Virus record (IMG/VR): IMGVR_UViG_3300022876_000002
Source of the DNA: a virus
Taxonomy: Duplodnaviria > Caudoviricetes
Length of the DNA stretch: 64,000 bases
Reading direction: 5' to 3' (one strand)
Program-made: the position numbers and the translations under genes
Notes under the pieces: model-generated
Seen by the model: only the letters and a program-made list of their open reading frames with translations
Database searches by the model: none
Told to the model about the DNA's origin: nothing
Shown: in pieces, positions 30,765 to 41,003 of the stretch
Layout of the letters: each line of letters starts with the position of its first letter
Numbering within the stretch: the stretch's first letter is position 1

Positions 30765-30820
30765 CTAATACCTCTAATACGGTAGGGGAGGGGTGACCCT
30801 CCCTTACGGGAGGTACCCTT

Positions 30821-32833
30821 TTACGACACCGCGTGTTGGAAGTAGGTCTCCAGCGGACTTGGTTGCCTGTCTTTAACCAGGAAGGTTTTGATGTTGGACA
30901 ATACCCCTTGTTGGCCTTCCGCGATCATCAGACCGCCTGCGCCTCGGTTCTTGACACACACCATAAAGTTCTCAAAGTACTTAGGACCACTACCCAAGGC
31001 TAGCTTATACGACAAGTTAGCAGGGTCTTTACACAGCAACGATGCGAGCATAGACTCCGCATGTACGATGTTGATACCCTTGGTTTCTTGGTTGATCAGG
31101 GTCCAGAATTCACCGAGTACCTCGCCAAAGATCTTCGGTGTAACTGGTTGCGACTTCCAGGCACTGTTACGTTTATTGAATGTCATGAAGTTCTCTACAC
31201 GCCCTCGGTGGGCATCCAGGGATTCACGAGTAAACGGCAGTACAAAGATTGCGTCTTCCCAGTTCCAGTCTTTGAGGTCCACTGCGATATGCTTCTTGTC
31301 CATGATCTCCCAGCCTTTCTCCAAGAGGTACTGGAGGAAGCCCAAAGAGAACCTGGATGTACGCGACGCTACCGAGGTTTGCGCCGAGTGCTGCTGAATG
31401 GTCTTACCACCGACCATCACGTCTTCGATCTCGTACTGGAAGGTTACGTCAGTCAAGTACGGAAGTTTATCCATACTGACCTCATCCAATACGTCCAGCG
31501 ACCGTAGGTCAGACAGATCCCGTTGGATCGACGACTTCAGGATCAGACGAGTACCGTCAACACACATCTCTGGCTTCAAGAAGATCTCGTTGCCGTTCGA
31601 GGTAAAGATCTGACGGTCACGCGCTGCCACATCAAAGCGACGGGTTACAGCGTTACGGATAAAGTGCTTAGTCGACAGCATTTTCTGACCAAGCGGGTTA
31701 CAGATGGTAGTTGCAGCGAACATACCAATGTTGGCATCACGTCGCATCATGGCGTTGTAAGGGATCGAAGCTTTCATAGCTCCGTAGCACTTACCACACA
31801 CCATACCGTCTTGACCGGCGTTACAGAACGCAATACTGCGGAATGCAACTGTCTCACCAGCCTTGATTTTCTTGACGGTCTTGTGGTCGATCAGCTCCAG
31901 TGTACCGTCATCCAACATCCGATGCTTACCGAGCAACGCTACAGCCATCTCGGTTGTAGACACACGGATCTCTGCCAGGTCTTGCGACCCACAGTCATAC
32001 GTGTGCAGGATACCTTGCAGTACCGCTGTTGCCAAGTGAGTCTTACGGTGGAACCACTCGGAGTCTTTCAGGCCACGACCGTTGGAGATCAACGACATGC
32101 CCGAGGACTTACCGTCACCAAGTACGTCTACCTGGTTAGTGATACCTTCCCCGTAGTTGGAGTAGATGACGTTAGGCAGGATGACGTTGGGTAGGTCAAA
32201 TACCGCACCACGTGCAATCGCCAGCTGATAAGCCTGGTTGATCGACACCCCACCTGTACGTGCCATCAGCGCCACGATGTTTTCTTTCAGCGAGTCGTCG
32301 TTCCGTACGTAATGACTGAACAGTTCCTCGCCTTCGTCCACCGTTACTTCATTCGCGTGGACTTTCCGACGAATCTCACAAATACCTGGGTTAAGCATGA
32401 ACTCATCAACAGACTCTGCCGTCGCAGAGATAATCGACCGTTCCGACATCACGGTGATCATGTTGTTGAGCTTAGCTTGCCACGAGTGGATCAACCGCTT
32501 GATTGCATCCATCTCGAGTGGATCATCGATCAATGGACCGATAATACCCAGGATATGATCCAGAGGGATTTTCAACACCTTGTCATTATAGACAATGTTG
32601 CGGTGCTTCTCCTCACGAATCGACGGGATCAGTTCGTCGACTGTGTAAGGAATCTCTGGATACCGACGGTGGACGTTCATCCCTTGCCACGACAGCATCA
32701 TTGCATATGCGTCGGACTTTACCGTTTTGCCATTGTCATCAGTTACATCGATAGCTTTACGGTGATTCCTGAAACGAAGTACATCCATCTCAGTAAGGTT
32801 GGCGAAATCCCGTAGATTAACATGCATTCCCAT
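30821..32833 (-). CDS. Non-virion RNA polymerase beta-prime C-terminal subunit (phiKZ gp74-like)
   Basis: DCGSQ...RSIAFC...CGKCYG zinc site and the trigger-loop-like QKMLSTKHF. Confidence 0.85.
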   Translation of the reverse strand: MGMHVNLRDFANLTEMDVLRFRNHRKAIDVTDDNGKTVKSDAYAMMLSWQGMNVHRRYPEIPYTVDELIPSIREEKHRNIVYNDKVLKIPLDHILGIIGPLIDDPLEMDAIKRLIHSWQAKLNNMITVMSERSIISATAESVDEFMLNPGICEIRRKVHANEVTVDEGEELFSHYVRNDDSLKENIVALMARTGGVSINQAYQLAIARGAVFDLPNVILPNVIYSNYGEGITNQVDVLGDGKSSGMSLISNGRGLKDSEWFHRKTHLATAVLQGILHTYDCGSQDLAEIRVSTTEMAVALLGKHRMLDDGTLELIDHKTVKKIKAGETVAFRSIAFCNAGQDGMVCGKCYGAMKASIPYNAMMRRDANIGMFAATTICNPLGQKMLSTKHFIRNAVTRRFDVAARDRQIFTSNGNEIFLKPEMCVDGTRLILKSSIQRDLSDLRSLDVLDEVSMDKLPYLTDVTFQYEIEDVMVGGKTIQQHSAQTSVASRTSRFSLGFLQYLLEKGWEIMDKKHIAVDLKDWNWEDAIFVLPFTRESLDAHRGRVENFMTFNKRNSAWKSQPVTPKIFGEVLGEFWTLINQETKGINIVHAESMLASLLCKDPANLSYKLALGSGPKYFENFMVCVKNRGAGGLMIAEGQQGVLSNIKTFLVKDRQPSPLETYFQHAVS

Positions 32834-32844
32834 ACGGGGGCTCC

Positions 32845-35052
32845 TTAAGTGTTAGGTTGTTCGTCGGCACGTTGGAGCATTTCTTCCAGCACCTGATCCT
32901 TGATCATGTTACTCGCATTAACGTCGAAGACATCCAGCGAACGGTCAGAAGCCAGTTCTTCACGCAGTGCATAACCCGAGTCAGACATCATGCTCGCTGA
33001 CATCTGTACCGCCACGTTCATATCGTACTCATCCGGCTTGACGATGTAATCAATGTCAAACGGATCATCTGCCCGCAAGATACGACGGGTAGCACGGGTA
33101 CGCAACTCCGGAGAGTTAGCCAACGCCAGGTTCTTGTTGATCTCTTGCGGACCAGACTGGCTATTGGTCAGACGTGCTTCGGTTTCACCTTTGTTACGGT
33201 TCGGTTTGTTCTGCAAGATATCCGAATACTTGTGCATGTCATTCGGCTTAGTCGGCATACCGTAAATGTTCGACAACGGCAGTGACTGTGCAGACATATC
33301 AGTACCAAACTTATCCAGCAACATGAAGTGCTGGTTGGTAATGAGTACCGGTTGGTCAGACATCACTTCCTCGTTGAGTGAGTCTGTAAAGATAATGCGT
33401 TCTGGTTTGTAGCTATATACCTCGCGCAATGCGCGGATGATCGCTACGCCATACAGTTTAGTGTCGGATACTACTTCAACACTGATCTGTGTCTTGCAGA
33501 CGTGGTCAACGAACTCTTCGATAACCGCCGGGTCAATGATTGCATCCCGTACCAGGTCCCCGAACTCTGGGAAACCTGTGTCGAAGAACTCTTGCAGCTT
33601 GAGGAACGCTTCGCCGTAATTACCAACCTTACGCAGCTTGATGACATCTTGCTGCAGGCGCATGCTGATAAAGTTGACCGACTGCTCCAGCAACATCGAG
33701 AAAATCTGACGACGGAATGCTGGGATGTTGTTTACCACGATGTCGGCAATGGTCCCGTCTGCATAACGAGGTGCCATATGACGTGGGATGATCCGAACGA
33801 TTACCCCTTTGTCACCGTTCATACCGGTCATCTTGAACTTGACCCGACCTGGAACCATTTCACGCAAGGTGATGTTGATATTCCAGTCTTTCAGTTTAAC
33901 GCGCTTATACCCACGGAACAGTGGGTTGATTTTACCCATGACACTACGGGTATAGTTGGCAAATGCAAAGCGCACGAAAGTGTCAAGTGTGTTGGACACC
34001 GGAATGTCTACACCGGCATTAGTCGACAGCTTATTATGGTACCAACGGATTACCGCGTTCCACATGTCGTTCTGACGGCGCTCATACCGATCCAGCTGCT
34101 TGGTATGCGTCTGCTCGATGTAATCAGTAGACCGATTGTTACTACGGTCTTTCATACGCTCACTGATTACTTCTACCGCCATTACTTCCGAGTTAATCGG
34201 TGCGCGGAACAAGACGTCGTGGTTAAGGTCTGGTGTACGCAGTGCCTTCTTGGTCAACGTGGTAAGTGCAGTCTTGCTATTGCGCTTACGGAAGCCCATC
34301 ACGATGCCGTCAGGACGGATACGCTCACCAGACTCTGGCAGCACCTTCGGGTTCTCGTCAGTACCGTTCAACAGCAACGGTACGTACTCGTCCTCATTAT
34401 AACTGAAACCACGAGTGTGCTTGAACATGCACTTGAGCTTTTCAGTCGCAGCCCAGTCGGTGATCGCAATACCGTCCTCCTCGTTGTAGTGGAAGCTACC
34501 AGCACAAACCTTGAGGTTCATACCGAACATCCACTCACCGGTCTTACTGACCCGAGGTGATTGACCGAAAATAGTACCCTTGGCAAATCGTGCACCTTTC
34601 TCGATCCGTGCCATTACCGCTGGATCGTAAACGTACTCGAAGCCGATATAAGTGTTCTGTGTGTTGTACTTAGGCAGCTCCAGAATGTCATAAGCGTTAA
34701 GCTCATCGTTCTTAAAGAGCAACCACATCGAACTCCACTTGTCAGTGATCTCCCCGCCTGGGTTAGGGCTATGTACGTAGAACACTTCTTCCACGATCAT
34801 GTTAGATGGCGCTTCAATGCGACGAGCGCCTTCCGAGTAGTTATACTCAGCCCCCGAAATCAGTGCACGCTCACTACGCCCATTGGTATCCACCGACTTC
34901 GGGATCATGTTACCGACCATGTACATACGAGTCGGAGAAGATACCCACGGGAACACTACCAGGTTAATACCAACCCCTTGTAACTCGGGGATCATTTCGT
35001 TTTCACGTTTAAGGTATTGATACTTGGCCTGGCTTAGATCTATCTTACCCAT
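32845..35052 (-). CDS. Non-virion RNA polymerase beta-like subunit (phiKZ gp71-73-like)
   Basis: YNEEDGI, KMTGMNGDKGVI and DIVVNN motifs of the beta DPBB domain; one uninterrupted ORF. Confidence 0.85.
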   Translation of the reverse strand: MGKIDLSQAKYQYLKRENEMIPELQGVGINLVVFPWVSSPTRMYMVGNMIPKSVDTNGRSERALISGAEYNYSEGARRIEAPSNMIVEEVFYVHSPNPGGEITDKWSSMWLLFKNDELNAYDILELPKYNTQNTYIGFEYVYDPAVMARIEKGARFAKGTIFGQSPRVSKTGEWMFGMNLKVCAGSFHYNEEDGIAITDWAATEKLKCMFKHTRGFSYNEDEYVPLLLNGTDENPKVLPESGERIRPDGIVMGFRKRNSKTALTTLTKKALRTPDLNHDVLFRAPINSEVMAVEVISERMKDRSNNRSTDYIEQTHTKQLDRYERRQNDMWNAVIRWYHNKLSTNAGVDIPVSNTLDTFVRFAFANYTRSVMGKINPLFRGYKRVKLKDWNINITLREMVPGRVKFKMTGMNGDKGVIVRIIPRHMAPRYADGTIADIVVNNIPAFRRQIFSMLLEQSVNFISMRLQQDVIKLRKVGNYGEAFLKLQEFFDTGFPEFGDLVRDAIIDPAVIEEFVDHVCKTQISVEVVSDTKLYGVAIIRALREVYSYKPERIIFTDSLNEEVMSDQPVLITNQHFMLLDKFGTDMSAQSLPLSNIYGMPTKPNDMHKYSDILQNKPNRNKGETEARLTNSQSGPQEINKNLALANSPELRTRATRRILRADDPFDIDYIVKPDEYDMNVAVQMSASMMSDSGYALREELASDRSLDVFDVNASNMIKDQVLEEMLQRADEQPNT

Positions 35053-35088
35053 CAGTTTACTCCAATTACTATTACCATCTACATTCAG

Positions 35089-35107
35089 ATGATATAGGTT
35101 CGAGATT
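35089..35107 (-). promoter_or_regulatory. Early-type promoter upstream of the nvRNAP beta gene
   Basis: Minus strand AATCTCGAACCTATATCAT. Confidence 0.5.
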
Positions 35108-35140
35108 ATTTATCACCCCTTCGCACAAGAGGTATGTTCC

Positions 35141-35470
35141 ATGCCCATTGGTGGTCTTAACGTTAACGCAACCAAGGATATCTTCTTTACTGACAGATAC
35201 AAGATTATGGTGCGTTCCTTGAAAGAAGTCTTGCTAAAACAAGCACAGGCTTTGCCAATCCCCAACCCAAACGATCGTTATGCATATCGGTATGACTTTT
35301 ACCGACTGCTACGTGAGCTCGGGGTTGAATCCCATCTGCATTGGACCGTCGCGTTCCTAAACGACGTGACCGACCCATTTGCTGATAATAGTAAAAAGAT
35401 AGAAATACTGAACATCAATGAATCAGTAATTCTCTCCGCAATATCCCGAAGTAATACGCGTCGAGGTTAA
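35141..35470 (+). CDS. Small protein with LysM/T4 gp53-like pattern (possible baseplate wedge)
   Basis: GAGG upstream; the sequence YRYDFYRLLRELGVESHLHWTVAFLNDVTDP. Confidence 0.5.
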   Translation: MPIGGLNVNATKDIFFTDRYKIMVRSLKEVLLKQAQALPIPNPNDRYAYRYDFYRLLRELGVESHLHWTVAFLNDVTDPFADNSKKIEILNINESVILSAISRSNTRRG

Positions 35471-35484
35471 AAAATAACTGTAAG

Positions 35485-35516
35485 CTAGTACCTCCGGCTA
35501 ACGCCGGAGGTACTAG
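35485..35516. terminator. Bidirectional hairpin between convergent genes
   Basis: 14-bp perfect stem CTAGTACCTCCGGC/GCCGGAGGTACTAG. Confidence 0.75.
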
Positions 35517-35529
35517 TATTACGGGGCTT

Positions 35530-37017
35530 TTACCAGGTGAAGTTAGCGTTGTTGTTATCTACGACAACGCTCGACTGACCGGCAGTTGTTGCTACAGTTG
35601 GAACCTGGATACCAGACATTGCTGCCAGCGCCGGGTTCATCTGCATCATGGCCAGCATAGCCGGGTTCATCATTGCAGACATCGGGTTACCCAGTGCTGC
35701 CAGTGCGCCCATACCTGGAGTAGGCATGCCCGGAATACCACCCGGGAAGGCACCTTGGTTTTCCACACGCTGCAAGAACGTACCAGACTTGGTGCAGTAG
35801 TAGATCACTGCTGCGTTGGTCAGGGTGTTGATTGCATGGTGGATCACTTGGTTGGAACCGAAGTCGATCTCGTATTTCAGCCAACGGTCACCACTCGCCA
35901 TTGGTGGCGGAGTTACGTTGAATCCAGCGAGCACAGTACCAGCCATTGGCTGAGCGATCTGCGATTGCTGGATCAGCTGCGCTTGTTGGTTTTGTGGCAG
36001 TACCGCTACCTGTTGACCAGCACCAGAAGAGTTCACCGACAGAATACCACCGAGAGCACCCAGGTTCGAGTTAGCAGCAGACTCGTCTTGGGTGTTGTTG
36101 GTGTTGTAATCCATCGCCGGTACTTGACGATAGATGTCAGGCAGCTCTTCCAGCTGTTCGGTCCAGCTGAGATCGATCGCGTAGATACCGAGCTTGTTGA
36201 AGTCCGCACGGAACAGGTTCTGGATGCGGTTCATCTGCTCGGCTACTTGCTCGTAGCAACCACAGAAGGCAATCAGGCGCGAAGCTACCGAAGTAGTGGA
36301 CTCGCTGCTGATGCTATCAGGATCTACCACACCAGGGATGATCGAACGGAACAGATGTGCCATCAGCTTGAGCGCTGCACGCGAGATAGAACGACCATTG
36401 AGCTCTACAGACTGGTTATCGGATTCACCTTCCGACTGTGCCAGACGCTTGACGATCTCGTTGTAGATCGGGAACGACGGCTTGGCTTTGTAGTACACGC
36501 GCTCGCCGCTACCGCTGGACGACCGACCCTGAGCACGCGACACCTTGATGTGGATGAAACGGTTGTCGTGGCCCTTGTCATCAACTTCCACCTGGAAGCG
36601 TTCCATCAGATCCTTGATCTCTTGGATTACGGTCTTCTTGACACCGCGCAGTGGCTCGATGATATCCAGGGTGTTCTGTTTCCAGCTGGATTTCTCTTTA
36701 CCGGTACCAGCAACACCCAACAGCACGATCGGGTATTTCTTGAACAGTTCCAGCAGGTGGATCACTGCCATACGACGAATGATCTTGAAGACTTCAGTCT
36801 CCTTGCTGACGATGTTCTCACACGCTGGGTGGAAGAACACTTTGTCCATGGTGTCCTTGGAGTCCAGGACTTCCGACACCGGCAGGTAAACGGACATGTC
36901 ATCGATCTTAACGTCGATTTCCTTATCACCCAGCTTAAGCACAATACGACTGTCAGGCTTGATGACACAGCCCCACGAGCACAGCATTGCTTTATACAGT
37001 TTGTTCAGATCGTTCAT
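35530..37017 (-). CDS. Conserved protein in the nvRNAP block (phiKZ gp70-position)
   Basis: 495 aa with a Gln/Gly/Pro/Met-rich C-terminal region; identity from synteny. Confidence 0.6.
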   Translation of the reverse strand: MNDLNKLYKAMLCSWGCVIKPDSRIVLKLGDKEIDVKIDDMSVYLPVSEVLDSKDTMDKVFFHPACENIVSKETEVFKIIRRMAVIHLLELFKKYPIVLLGVAGTGKEKSSWKQNTLDIIEPLRGVKKTVIQEIKDLMERFQVEVDDKGHDNRFIHIKVSRAQGRSSSGSGERVYYKAKPSFPIYNEIVKRLAQSEGESDNQSVELNGRSISRAALKLMAHLFRSIIPGVVDPDSISSESTTSVASRLIAFCGCYEQVAEQMNRIQNLFRADFNKLGIYAIDLSWTEQLEELPDIYRQVPAMDYNTNNTQDESAANSNLGALGGILSVNSSGAGQQVAVLPQNQQAQLIQQSQIAQPMAGTVLAGFNVTPPPMASGDRWLKYEIDFGSNQVIHHAINTLTNAAVIYYCTKSGTFLQRVENQGAFPGGIPGMPTPGMGALAALGNPMSAMMNPAMLAMMQMNPALAAMSGIQVPTVATTAGQSSVVVDNNNANFTW

Positions 37018-37030
37018 ATTGGTCTCTCGC

Positions 37031-38476
37031 TTACTTCTGCTCGATGAAGTATTCGCGCAGGTTATTCAGGAAATTGACGGACTCGGTTACACCGTTTTCG
37101 TTACTGGCGATGTTGGTGCTGGTACGAGCCAAGTAATACGTAGCATTCACGTAGCGCTCTTTAGCTTCGGTTTCACCATTGAAGTACACTTCGACGGAGG
37201 TCTCACCGAACAGCGAGCAGTTAACTACGATGTTAACCACGGTGCACAGGTGTGCGTAGGCGTTGTTGTACTTGGTGTAGAACTTGTCTTTGAACAGCTG
37301 CTTGAAGCGTTCCAGACGGTTGATAGAGTTCTGATCTTGGTCAGTGATAGACATCCACTCACCAACTACCATTTCCACACCACCGTTGTCACTGAGCCCG
37401 CCGAACTCGTGTACGTTGTTGGATGCTGCAAACACGATGTGAGTCAGACCAGTACGGATCAACAGGTCGGTAGTCAGCATAGCGATCTCTTGTGCCGTGG
37501 TTTCGACCATATTGGACGCACCATAAGCACTGGAGTTAGCTATCTCGTCACGCATTGGGAACCGCGCTTCGTCCAGCATGCTCAAGTCGAGCACGTCCGG
37601 CAGGGCAGGGAACACGTCACAGATCTCACCCAAGGTATAACCCTGGAAACCATTCCAGCTGTAATGGCCAGCACCAATTGCCATTGCCTTGAAGAACGGG
37701 TTCTGCGAGATAATCGTTTCCTTCATGCTGCTGCTGTACAGGCTACCAGCAACCGAGTCCTGCAACGACATGTTGAAGTCTTGGTCATGCAGCACGTTAC
37801 CAGCAATTTTCAGCAACTGCTTGGCATGGAACGTGGAGTCCAGGTTCTGCGTCTTGGATACCAGGGTGTGCTTGCCGAGGCTAGCGCCAACGTTACCGTG
37901 GTAGTGATCCTGACGGTTCTCCTGCTCAGTGGACATGTAACCCAGTACCTCGTTGGCCATGTCCTCAGGACGTACGGCGCGGAGCTGACGCTGTTGAGTA
38001 GGGTCACCCAACAGGAACTGGTCAGAAGCACTTACTGCTTGCTTGACCATCGGCATGCCGTCGTACAGATTGGTGATCGACTCTTTGGCTACAGTGTAGC
38101 TACGGATTGGTACCAGCATGGTGGCAGGATCGATACCACCATCTTCCATCAGACCGCCGCCTGCGCAGTAGAAGAGTACGGTCAGTTCCTCCTCTTTCAG
38201 CGCGTCCATCATTACCGAGAACTTGAGCATCGCCAGACCACAACGTTGGTTGTAAGTCTCTTCGATGTTTACCTGACCGCGTGGGTTGACAGTAAGACCA
38301 CCAGACTGACCGGCGATGTTGTTGAGCATGGACTCGACGATACCGCCTTGTGCTGTGGCCATCAGCATTTGGTCGATGTTCTGCGATTCCAGGTTAAGCT
38401 TATTGTGGCGGTGTACGTGTGGATGCACCGGGTTGCCCATGCCGATACGCGCCATGGTCATCATAATGTCTGCCAT
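37031..38476 (-). CDS. picA: Phage-nucleus protein import factor PicA/Imp1-like (phiKZ gp69-position)
   Basis: 481 aa directly after the gp68-like gene. Assigned from synteny and size, not from a motif. Confidence 0.55.
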   Translation of the reverse strand: MADIMMTMARIGMGNPVHPHVHRHNKLNLESQNIDQMLMATAQGGIVESMLNNIAGQSGGLTVNPRGQVNIEETYNQRCGLAMLKFSVMMDALKEEELTVLFYCAGGGLMEDGGIDPATMLVPIRSYTVAKESITNLYDGMPMVKQAVSASDQFLLGDPTQQRQLRAVRPEDMANEVLGYMSTEQENRQDHYHGNVGASLGKHTLVSKTQNLDSTFHAKQLLKIAGNVLHDQDFNMSLQDSVAGSLYSSSMKETIISQNPFFKAMAIGAGHYSWNGFQGYTLGEICDVFPALPDVLDLSMLDEARFPMRDEIANSSAYGASNMVETTAQEIAMLTTDLLIRTGLTHIVFAASNNVHEFGGLSDNGGVEMVVGEWMSITDQDQNSINRLERFKQLFKDKFYTKYNNAYAHLCTVVNIVVNCSLFGETSVEVYFNGETEAKERYVNATYYLARTSTNIASNENGVTESVNFLNNLREYFIEQK

Positions 38477-38497
38477 TTCTAACCCCTACTACCTTAA

Positions 38498-40054
38498 TTA
38501 ACTATTTACTTGTTTGACCAGAGCCATGAATTCATTCCTGATATCGTTCTCGATATCGATTGGGAACAAATCACCAGCGGAGACTCGATCGTAGATTACC
38601 AGGTCATCCAGTACCCCGTACTCGAGGTTGGACTGCCAGGTGCCATTACCAAACTGAGTAAGGAAGTCATCTGCGGCTAGCAGTGCTTCATTATAACCTC
38701 GGTTCTCACTATTGCGTGACTGTACGTCACAAATCGATGCCAAATAGTTCTTGTCATCGTCGCTCAGCTTAAGCCCCTCGGCCAAACTGCGCACGCCATT
38801 CGGATCGTGGATTGCACCCAAGACCGATGGTAGGTACTTATATCCTTGTTCGCTCAGTTTAACTTGAGCGAGGGCGATAGCGGCCATCAACTGCGTATAG
38901 TTACAAGCTTCCCAGATGAACGAGCTAACTACGTTCATATAAACCAGTTCCAGCAGTCGCAGGATATGGTTGTGGGTATCGAAGTCCCAGTTGATCGGCA
39001 GGTTGTCATAAACCTTCTCGACTAACTGTTCGTTCTTGATCTCCAATGCAATGCACTGGTATTTGAACCGATCTTTGTAACGTGGTGCATCGGTTTCGTC
39101 GAACAAGCCAAAGCTAAAGAACTCTGCTTCGGATTCCTGGTCGGACTCTTTGACGTCTTCGGTAATACCGTATTTGTCAAAGTTAGAACGCTTGTCTTCC
39201 TCGTCTACTCCTGGACGGTCTTCCTTGGGTTTGAATGTGGCGCTGGTCTCATGCTGCTTAACCGCACCGTTGATACTGTTGGCGATGTTCTTGTCGTATT
39301 CTGTTTCAGGGATTACCGCGCAGCACAGTCGATTGAAGATCGCGCTATACAGTACCTTGTCGATGAAAGTGTCGCCACTACCACCGCCGTCGATCTGCGT
39401 AGGTACGTCACGCTTGTTGAACGAGAACTGGAAGTAACTGTTGAGTTTCTCCCAACCAGGCATTTGTGTAATCTGCAAGTTGTCCTTGAGCAACTCGCCT
39501 GCTACGATCTCACTGAACCCTGCACCCATCCGACCTTCGAAACGTTGCAGGACGCCGAAGATGATCGGGTATACACAACGTACTACGAACAGGAATTTCA
39601 CCATGTTGACGTAGTCGATGTCAGTGATCGTGGTCTGAGCTGGGTAATCACCCTTGCTAGCGGCCTCACTCAGGTTCTTTGGAATCTTGAGGTACTTGGA
39701 GTTCTCGATGAACGCACAGTACTTCTTGATATTGATCAGATCCCACACACCGTCACAGATTGGCTTGAGCCTGGCGATCTCAGTATTGTAGTCGAGGAAC
39801 TTGCCGTGCTCTACAATTGAGTGCGCCCGATCGAAAAGTTTGAACAATTCGATTTTCTGTTCAGTGGTCAGTACCGCATCAACGTACTCGTTCATGCAAC
39901 TGAACAAATTGTTCTCGACGTCAGACTTGTCCTTGAGTACTTTCTCCAACTGTACTTTAGCACGTCCATGGAACTTTAACGTTTGTTCATTAAGAGATAC
40001 TTCGATCGCCTTAATGCCCTTTTTACCCGTACGCTTGATGTCAATAGAGAACAT
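38498..40054 (-). CDS. Non-virion RNA polymerase specificity subunit (phiKZ gp68-like)
   Basis: About 518 aa from MFSIDIK (AAGGT upstream); conserved position in the nvRNAP block. Confidence 0.6.
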   Translation of the reverse strand: MFSIDIKRTGKKGIKAIEVSLNEQTLKFHGRAKVQLEKVLKDKSDVENNLFSCMNEYVDAVLTTEQKIELFKLFDRAHSIVEHGKFLDYNTEIARLKPICDGVWDLINIKKYCAFIENSKYLKIPKNLSEAASKGDYPAQTTITDIDYVNMVKFLFVVRCVYPIIFGVLQRFEGRMGAGFSEIVAGELLKDNLQITQMPGWEKLNSYFQFSFNKRDVPTQIDGGGSGDTFIDKVLYSAIFNRLCCAVIPETEYDKNIANSINGAVKQHETSATFKPKEDRPGVDEEDKRSNFDKYGITEDVKESDQESEAEFFSFGLFDETDAPRYKDRFKYQCIALEIKNEQLVEKVYDNLPINWDFDTHNHILRLLELVYMNVVSSFIWEACNYTQLMAAIALAQVKLSEQGYKYLPSVLGAIHDPNGVRSLAEGLKLSDDDKNYLASICDVQSRNSENRGYNEALLAADDFLTQFGNGTWQSNLEYGVLDDLVIYDRVSAGDLFPIDIENDIRNEFMALVKQVNS

Positions 40055-40084
40055 ATTTTTAATACCTTGGCTACTCACTACCCT

Positions 40085-40104
40085 GATAATTTAGGTCTGA
40101 AATT
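40085..40104 (-). promoter_or_regulatory. Early-type promoter upstream of the gp68-like gene
   Basis: Minus strand AATTTCAGACCTAAATTATC. Confidence 0.5.
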
Positions 40105-40124
40105 ATCTTAGACAGCTATAATTT

Positions 40125-40155
40125 AAACCTAGGAGGGGATCACCCTCCTAGGTTT
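40125..40155 (-). terminator. Hairpin after the ChmC-like gene
   Basis: 13-bp perfect stem. Confidence 0.65.
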
Positions 40156-40181
40156 TGTAGTCCATTACAGTTAATCAGTCC

Positions 40182-40940
40182 TTAGAACGGAATGTCATCT
40201 TCGAAGTCGTCGAAGTTGCTGTTCGACTGGTTCGGGTTACCGCCGCCATTACCACCCTGCTGGGTGCCCTGACGATAGCCACCACCACCGCTACCACCGC
40301 CGTTGAAGTCACCCTTCGGCTTCGGTGGCTCCCAACCATCACGTTCCATGCGGTCCAGGACTTCCTTGTGGAAGTTGACCCACGAACGGGTGTACATGCG
40401 CGACATGAAGCCGCTGTCTTCCACGATCTCGCCGGCGTCGTTGCGTACCATGACCACCGAGGAGTTTGGACCTTTGAAGCGGGTCTTGACTTTGTAGTCG
40501 CCTTTGGTGTAGACCAGGTTGATCACACCTTTCTCGTCACGCGAGATCGAGAACATGACCTTGGTGATCGGTTGTTCCGACAGACGCGACTGACCGCCGA
40601 CACGAACGAAGTCGTGCTTCTTAACGTAGAACTGACGAGCCGGGAACTCGATCGACATGTTCGAAGCTTCCAGCAGAGCTTCGAAGAGAATGTTGCGGTC
40701 GTAGCCGGACATCTCCACTTCTTTGTGCGGAGATTTCGCACCTTCTTTGAAAATGCCGTCGGAGATCTTCAGAACGATCTTGCCGGCGTTGGTAACTTCC
40801 CACATGAACTGTGCAGGGTACTTGCCACCTTCCAGCGGTGCATCCGTTGCAGGGTGAGGCTGGCGCCAGTCGTTCAGGAAGCTCTTCTTGCGAGGAGTGC
40901 CTTGTGGACGACCGCCATTGTTGTTTTGCTGGTAGCTCAT
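40182..40940 (-). CDS. chmC: ChmC-like nucleic-acid-binding protein with disordered termini
   Basis: 252 aa with Asn/Gln/Gly-rich termini around a folded core, next to the gp68-like gene; ends DDFEDDIPF. Confidence 0.55.
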   Translation of the reverse strand: MSYQQNNNGGRPQGTPRKKSFLNDWRQPHPATDAPLEGGKYPAQFMWEVTNAGKIVLKISDGIFKEGAKSPHKEVEMSGYDRNILFEALLEASNMSIEFPARQFYVKKHDFVRVGGQSRLSEQPITKVMFSISRDEKGVINLVYTKGDYKVKTRFKGPNSSVVMVRNDAGEIVEDSGFMSRMYTRSWVNFHKEVLDRMERDGWEPPKPKGDFNGGGSGGGGYRQGTQQGGNGGGNPNQSNSNFDDFEDDIPF

Positions 40941-41003
40941 TATTAAATCCTTGAAAAAATGGATACGCCTGGTATAGATTGGATCTACAGTGAGATTACA
41001 TTG

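Noticed and set aside
36896-38482. 528-aa antisense ORF over the picA-position gene (similar shadows at 15146, 23518, 35755 and 55775)
   Set aside because: Antisense shadows of coding genes with V/H/Q/D-skewed composition.
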